Below are positions 49,217 to 54,328 of a stretch of DNA of 54,328 nt, one piece after another. How positions within the stretch are numbered: position 1 is the first letter of the stretch; every line of letters begins with the position of its first letter. Made by a program: the position numbers and the translations under genes. The notes beneath the pieces were generated by a model. The model saw only the letters and a list, made by a program, of their open reading frames with translations. It made no database searches and had not been told where the DNA came from. The DNA is from Thermoplasmatota archaeon (lineage in GTDB: Archaea > Thermoplasmatota > Poseidoniia > Poseidoniales > Thalassarchaeaceae), in NCBI GenBank assembly GCA_036138175.1, contig JAZAAK010000039.1, forward strand, positions 1-54,328. The letters run 5' to 3'.

Positions 49217-49945
49217 ATGCGTGCACTGCTAGGAAGTGGCGGAATCGGCACTGATGAACGCAGAGAATTGTACCGTGACTTAATGTCAGAAAATTTTGCT
49301 GATTGCGAAAGAGTCGTATTTGTTCCATTTGCCTCTAATGATTATGATGGATATACGCAAAGGATGCAGGATTTTGCAGGGCAATCTGGATACGAACTAG
49401 TAGGGTTACATGAATTCGAGGACCCACTAGCCGCCATCGAGGCAATGGATGGAATCTACGTTGGCGGCGGAAACACCTGGTTACTTGTCCGGGCTCTACA
49501 TGAAAGAGGTCTGATTGAACCAATTAGAGAGGCAGTATTGCAAAGAGGAGTTCCGTACGCTGGAGTTAGTGCGGGTGCAAATGTGGCCTGCCCTAGTATG
49601 CAGACAACCAATGATATGGCAATTACAATGGTTCCTTCATTCGAAACATTTGGTATCGTTCCATTTCAGATTAATCCCCATTATCATCCCGGTGGGATTT
49701 GGTATCGGGAGGCTGAAGACGGAGAATTTCAACAACACTTTGGAGAAACCCGTGCAAGAAGAGTCAGTGAATACCACCAAACCAACAATACTCCAGTCAT
49801 TGGTTTGTATGAAGGATCTTTCCTAAGATGCAGAAATGATTCGTATGAATTGCTTGGGAACAAGGCAGATGTAATGCGCAAAAACGAGGAAATAGTCACT
49901 CAAGAATCAGGAACTATTCTTCGTGGGGACTTAACCACCGCTTGA
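49217..49945 (+). CDS. pepE: Dipeptidase E (peptidase S51)
   Basis: GGGNT, nucleophile GVSAGA, TTND, FQINPHY, GETR. Confidence 0.92.
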   Translation: MRALLGSGGIGTDERRELYRDLMSENFADCERVVFVPFASNDYDGYTQRMQDFAGQSGYELVGLHEFEDPLAAIEAMDGIYVGGGNTWLLVRALHERGLIEPIREAVLQRGVPYAGVSAGANVACPSMQTTNDMAITMVPSFETFGIVPFQINPHYHPGGIWYREAEDGEFQQHFGETRARRVSEYHQTNNTPVIGLYEGSFLRCRNDSYELLGNKADVMRKNEEIVTQESGTILRGDLTTA

Positions 49946-50134
49946 TACTACAATTAGTTCGATTTCTATATCTTCAGTTATTGTTGACGAATGAGGGACT
50001 ATAGTTTCACCCAGTACTGCAAGTACTGTAGAACTTGCAATGTCAAGCCGGTTCAATACTTCGGCGATGCTTATTGCCTCATCAGTCTCAACTATACTGG
50101 GACCACCGTCTTCGTGATTCACCGTTATTCGCAT
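49931..50134 (-). CDS. ThiS/MoaD family ubiquitin-like protein (SAMP2-like)
   Basis: 67 aa, ends IVVSSGG. Confidence 0.82.
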   Translation of the reverse strand: MRITVNHEDGGPSIVETDEAISIAEVLNRLDIASSTVLAVLGETIVPHSSTITEDIEIELIVVSSGG

Positions 50135-50189
50135 CAACCCAAGGGAGGCTAGTCAGACTTATGACCAAATCGCAGGTGGCGGGCTTACT

Positions 50190-50275
50190 GCCGAGATCGC
50201 ATAGCCCGGTATTGCGGTGGATTCGAAATCCACTGTCCCTTGGACTCGGGGGTTCAAATCCCTCTCTCGGCGCCA
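50190..50275 (+). tRNA. tRNA-Ser(CGA)
   Basis: GCCGAGA...GTGGA-TT-CGA-AA-TCCAC, long variable arm GTCC-CTT-GGAC, GTTCAAATCC, TCTCGGCGCCA. Confidence 0.95.
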
Positions 50276-50279
50276 AAAA

Positions 50280-50792
50280 TCACTGCCACCAACCCTTCTT
50301 CTCGGCCTTTGGCGGTTCAGGAGGAATGTTGCTCAGATTCGTCAACCAAAAAGTACCAACCGAGCCATCTGCAAATTTCATCTCAACACTTCTATCAGCA
50401 TTTACCTCAGTGATCTCACCTTCCTGGCCGTCGAATTGCTCTAATTCAGAACTTAGAGGCGATAACTTATTTTGGATAATCCAAAATTTATCTCCTTCAT
50501 TGTAAGTTAACTCTCCATCCAACTTTTGCTGATCTTGAGCCAATCCTGTTAACACTAGAGAGATTACTAAAGGCACTGCTGCAATACCACAAATCATCGA
50601 GGCAAAAGGAAGAATCCCCTCTCCATCAACTCCAACCGTAAATGCAAAAATAATTCCAACCACTAGAAATGATGCAGGTACGAAAAAATCATTTTTCTCA
50701 TTGGATTTGAGGTCCTTTTTTTTAATCCACTCAAATATTGAGAAATAGCCCGCTCCGATGATAATTGCTATCTCAATTAATTCGAACACCAT
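50280..50792 (-). CDS. Hypothetical 3-TM membrane protein with small C-terminal beta-barrel (SH3/KOW-like) domain
   Basis: Three hydrophobic helices, then GQEGEITEVNADRSVEMKFADG. Confidence 0.65.
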   Translation of the reverse strand: MVFELIEIAIIIGAGYFSIFEWIKKKDLKSNEKNDFFVPASFLVVGIIFAFTVGVDGEGILPFASMICGIAAVPLVISLVLTGLAQDQQKLDGELTYNEGDKFWIIQNKLSPLSSELEQFDGQEGEITEVNADRSVEMKFADGSVGTFWLTNLSNIPPEPPKAEKKGWWQ

Positions 50793-50854
50793 ATGTTTTC
50801 AATTTGCTCAATCTATCAATAGAATTGAAGGTTTTGCCGGCACTGGCATTCAAT

Positions 50855-52696
50855 TTAGTATTCAGGAACATCCTCTGCATCTGAGACAATAACAACCTTA
50901 GTTCCAGGTCCACATTTGACTTGAGGGCGACCGCCCCATTCTCCTTTCTCACCATTTAGGATTGCAATAGTGTCTCCACGCTTTACCGCAGCCGCACTCA
51001 AAGGAATGAATTGCTTGAATGCAACAATTTGGGCCGAACCTGTCGCATCCACAAGTGTAGCGGCCCAACGAGTATTACCAACCCCATCTGGGAAGGAATC
51101 AATCGACCAAACTCTTGCTACAATACTGACTCTAGTCTCTACATCAACAACAGGTGCAGAATCATCCTCATCGGCTATACTGACTTCTGAATCAGCATCT
51201 AGGTTGAGTTGTAATTCGCCGCGCCAAAGGCTAGGTAATGCATTGGATACCTTGACTCGAGTACCTTCTGCAATAGAGCGGCTAATTTTACTCGGGCCGC
51301 CATTGTATGCAGGTTGTACCTTCGCCCGATCGTATCCATCTTGCAACCTGAAATGTACCTTGATTGTACCATCTTGGAGTAGTTCAGGACCCGATAGTCC
51401 AATCACATCTCCTATTGCATCAACTCTAGGCTCAATTTCACCCAATGGAGTGATTGGCCATGCATGACCTAGACGTTCGATTCTTCTCTCAGCAGTTAAT
51501 TCTAGGTCATGCTCTCCTTTAGGGCAGAATCCTCTGTATTCACAGCCCTTGCACCTAGCTAATGGATCTGGGTCGATATGGGGTTCAGCAGGTATGCCAC
51601 CCGCGTCGAAATGTCTCAATGGTGCAGGCTCCGGAGGACAATCGTCTATCGATGGGTTTTCCGCTCTCAAGAGTTGATACAGTTCAGCGATTTCCCTTTG
51701 ATAAGTCTCCATTTCAGATATTTCTGGAAGTTTAATTGACTTTACCGTGCCAGTACCAAGGTACCAAATTTCTAGATCGCTGACTTGTTCAGAGCGTGAA
51801 TGAGATTCCCACCAAAGCCAAGCGTAGAGGCGTAATTGCTCTACATAACTGAAAGAACGATCTCCTTTTCCGATACTTGCCTTGATATCGACTATATTGA
51901 TCGAGTCATCCCAGCGATATACCAAATCATATTCACCTTGGAACCAACCCTCTGGGATACAGGTTGTTTGAGTAAATGACTTTGAATCTGGATCCACAAA
52001 CCAGGGCCTTGTTATTTCCCAAGCCTCACACCAAGTGATGCTTCCTTGTGTCTGAGCACAGGGGTGCGGTGAATTCCATTTTAGAGGGAAACCATCTGGT
52101 GCAGGGATTTCATCTCGAGCTTCTCCTCTCCTCCAAGATTCAAGTCTAGGGCCGCCATTCGCTGCCATACATTTCTCGACTTCATCGAGATGCATCTTGA
52201 GTCCTTCATGTATCATTTCTATGCATTCTTCAGGTTCAACATCCTCCAACGAGCCAGCTCTATTTTGTGTCGATTGCCAATCTTCAACCGCTGCCTCCCA
52301 GCACCTATCAAAATGAACTTCAACTCGTGAAAGAGCCCATTCCATAAGCGTCTCTCTACTAGTAGGCCAGTCTTCTACAGGCCTAGATGAAAGTCTAGCA
52401 GCCATCCAATTTCCTTCATCTTCCCAATCTGGAGCACCATTTTCATTCAATGGTGAAATAAGACTGTCAGAAGCATCGGGAGTAATTAGAGAAGGAGAAT
52501 CACGAAGTACTCTGCAGATGCATTCCTCTGCAGCATTTCCACGAATAATTACTGGCGGCATTGGACCCTTTAGCCTCTCTTCATAGGCGTAATACCACTG
52601 ACGAGGACAAGCCTTCCAGAGGTTTACCTGAGATGCGGAAAGGCGACGAAATGGGTCGACACCTGTCGCCTCAGCATCGTACGTCTGCACCGGCAT
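50855..52696 (-). CDS. PD-(D/E)XK RecB/Cas4-like Fe-S nuclease fused to two OB-fold domains
   Basis: LSASQV...CPRQWYY, GEYDLV, IVDIK, QLRLYA, CKGCEYRGFC; OB-like LVDATGSAQIVAF...GDTIAILNG...WGGRPQV. Confidence 0.85.
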   Translation of the reverse strand: MPVQTYDAEATGVDPFRRLSASQVNLWKACPRQWYYAYEERLKGPMPPVIIRGNAAEECICRVLRDSPSLITPDASDSLISPLNENGAPDWEDEGNWMAARLSSRPVEDWPTSRETLMEWALSRVEVHFDRCWEAAVEDWQSTQNRAGSLEDVEPEECIEMIHEGLKMHLDEVEKCMAANGGPRLESWRRGEARDEIPAPDGFPLKWNSPHPCAQTQGSITWCEAWEITRPWFVDPDSKSFTQTTCIPEGWFQGEYDLVYRWDDSINIVDIKASIGKGDRSFSYVEQLRLYAWLWWESHSRSEQVSDLEIWYLGTGTVKSIKLPEISEMETYQREIAELYQLLRAENPSIDDCPPEPAPLRHFDAGGIPAEPHIDPDPLARCKGCEYRGFCPKGEHDLELTAERRIERLGHAWPITPLGEIEPRVDAIGDVIGLSGPELLQDGTIKVHFRLQDGYDRAKVQPAYNGGPSKISRSIAEGTRVKVSNALPSLWRGELQLNLDADSEVSIADEDDSAPVVDVETRVSIVARVWSIDSFPDGVGNTRWAATLVDATGSAQIVAFKQFIPLSAAAVKRGDTIAILNGEKGEWGGRPQVKCGPGTKVVIVSDAEDVPEY

Positions 52697-52720
52697 ACCC
52701 TACTATCTATCTCGAGAGTA

Positions 52721-52726
52721 CATGAA
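52721..52726 (-). promoter_or_regulatory. Putative TATA-position element TTCATG for the nuclease-OB gene
   Basis: First T is 30 nt upstream of the ATG at 52696, within a 31-nt intergenic gap. Confidence 0.5.
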
Positions 52727-52727
52727 C

Positions 52728-53870
52728 TCAACGATTTAGATATACGACCGTCATCTCTAATCTTTCGTGAGTTGGATGCACTTCAACTAAGGAAATTGGC
52801 GCTTCAATTTCCCCGACTAATTCTTCTGCCATAGAAAGAGGAAGTTCGATCCTTTCATTCTCGGTATCATACAACATGAACCTCCTTGGTAGGCCTGTTT
52901 CTGTATGAATCTCCTCTATCCACTCCTCTGAGTCTTCCAGGCTACAATCAACTGCTCCGAAGAGAAGTGTTCCATCTTCGGTTAGAATTTCATGTGGAGA
53001 AATTGTATGTTCGCCTCGACGGATGAAGCGCCGACGTAACTGCCCACTGTCTTTGTATGTGGCAGTACAGAACTTCAGATGGTAGGGATATGGCTCACGA
53101 ACCTTGCCTTCTTCAGGGTCAGGGGCTCCGATAGATGCCGCTATCACTCGGTCTCTCATTCGTGTAGCTAATTCCCCAGAACCTGCTGCTCCAGCAGTTA
53201 TCTCATCAGATAAATTGAAACCTCTAAGTTCCATATTGTCGTGATTACCTACAGTAATCTCCAACTCGTTCAGATTCAGGAATTGTACAGGCATATCTCG
53301 CATAGTTTCGAGTAATTCCATCAATTCAATTTCCTTATCTGGCTCACAAGGAATTTCCACCCCTGTTAACATTCCAGATTCGACACAGGAAGCCATTGTT
53401 TCGGTATATTTTTCGGATTCCAAATCTAGAAAATGGAAGCGGATTTCATCTAATCCGGCTTGGGCAAAATCATTCGCCCATTCTGCCTTGAATGGAATAC
53501 TGGTATACATGTGTAAATGGAAATCATCACCAAATTCATTTTTGAGAATTTTACACGCTTCCAAAACTCTCTCCCTTGCCATAACAGGATCTCCTCCGGT
53601 AATTCCCGCTCCAGTAGCATTCATCGCTCGAGCCTCTTCAATTACTGCATCCCAATCTCCAATTTCCACTCTACGTTCATTCGCGAACATCCAATCTATT
53701 TCGCGACGATTCTCTGAAAGTGGACAATAATCACACATCCAATGGCAATGACCTGTGATGAACAAAACTAGCTTCGAACCCATCTGACATTGGATACAGC
53801 CTTCTGTATCGTCAGCGATTGCAGGTTCAGGAAGGTCTGGGACATTCGGAAGCCGGACTGAAAATGTCAT
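52728..53870 (-). CDS. Radical SAM protein, uncharacterised archaeal family
   Basis: GCIQC..GSKLVLFITG, CHWMCDYC (CxxxCxxC), ITGGDP, GLDEIRFH. Confidence 0.92.
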   Translation of the reverse strand: MTFSVRLPNVPDLPEPAIADDTEGCIQCQMGSKLVLFITGHCHWMCDYCPLSENRREIDWMFANERRVEIGDWDAVIEEARAMNATGAGITGGDPVMARERVLEACKILKNEFGDDFHLHMYTSIPFKAEWANDFAQAGLDEIRFHFLDLESEKYTETMASCVESGMLTGVEIPCEPDKEIELMELLETMRDMPVQFLNLNELEITVGNHDNMELRGFNLSDEITAGAAGSGELATRMRDRVIAASIGAPDPEEGKVREPYPYHLKFCTATYKDSGQLRRRFIRRGEHTISPHEILTEDGTLLFGAVDCSLEDSEEWIEEIHTETGLPRRFMLYDTENERIELPLSMAEELVGEIEAPISLVEVHPTHERLEMTVVYLNR

Positions 53871-54328
53871 GCTGCCACCTCTTTAGCGGTCTGCAAGAGC
53901 CATTCATGGAAAGCGTAGTCCTGTGATAATTCAGGATGGAAAGTCAACGCTAATCTATTTCCATATCTTACTCCGACAACTTCGTTTTCAAGAGTTACCA
54001 CGACTTCTGAAGTATCTGCAACCTTGGTAAATCTCGGAGCACGAATGAAAACTCCGGGAAACTGTCTGCCTAGTAGTCTTGAATCTAAGACACTTTGGAA
54101 TGAATCTACTTGGCGACCGTAGGCATTACGGTCAATCTCGGCGGCGACCAAAGGTTCGCCGCCGTCTTGGGGATCACATAGCAGAATTGCTCCAGCACAG
54201 GTACCTAGGACAGGTCTTGTGCTGTCTTCGCGAATCCAACGAAAAATTGCAGGTAAAAGTTCGGAAGCAGAATCGTTCCCTGTAAGTCGCATGGTTGTTG
54301 ACTCACCCCCTGGAAATACAAGTGCGTG
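53867..54328 (-). CDS. pdxT: PLP synthase glutaminase subunit; 5'-truncated by window edge
   Basis: Frame is open to the window edge: PGGESTTM, GTCAG, RNAYGRQVDSF, FIRAP, FHPEL. Confidence 0.95.
   Translation of the reverse strand, partial: HALVFPGGESTTMRLTGNDSASELLPAIFRWIREDSTRPVLGTCAGAILLCDPQDGGEPLVAAEIDRNAYGRQVDSFQSVLDSRLLGRQFPGVFIRAPRFTKVADTSEVVVTLENEVVGVRYGNRLALTFHPELSQDYAFHEWLLQTAKEVAA

Noticed and set aside
3423-50275. tRNA introns or split tRNAs
   Set aside because: All six tRNAs fold as contiguous cloverleafs with 7-nt anticodon loops and no bulge-helix-bulge inserts.
50855-52696. Calling the Fe-S nuclease a CRISPR-associated Cas4
   Set aside because: No cas1/cas2 or array nearby; the protein is far longer than Cas4 and carries OB-like domains.

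Overview
Gene-dense archaeal core-genome segment with about 59 CDS and 6 intron-less tRNA genes, all with encoded CCA. I saw no rRNA, CRISPR array, transposase, integrase or prophage. Archaeal markers are TFB, PolD small subunit DP1, aIF2-alpha, L37e/L44e/S27e, Nop10, NOB1, a PAC2 chaperone, archaeal-type PheS/TyrS and split GMP synthase. These occur alongside very acidic PGF-CTERM surface proteins and many bacterial-type heterotrophic genes (Gcv, ETF/acyl-CoA dehydrogenases, SufS/SufE, PepE, HMG-CoA synthase, class II CCA enzyme). The combination points, by inference, to Marine Group II Euryarchaeota (Poseidoniales). No clearly bounded new multi-gene system is evident. The best leads are: (1) a Cas4/AddB-type Fe-S PD-(D/E)XK nuclease fused to two RPA-like OB folds; (2) a GcvH homologue that has lost its lipoyl lysine; (3) a SCO lipoprotein with DUF4430-like and EGF-like domains inserted in its metal-binding loop; (4) a bacterial/eukaryal-type class II CCA enzyme; (5) a minimal SerK-like ParB-fold protein; (6) a recurrent non-canonical TATA-position hexamer TT[CG]A[AT][GA] about 30 nt upstream of many genes, together with a TFB whose BRE-reading helix is divergent; and (7) several apparent pseudoenzymes. 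All family assignments come from recalled motifs; no searches were run. Many start codons were moved downstream of the ORF-track start.
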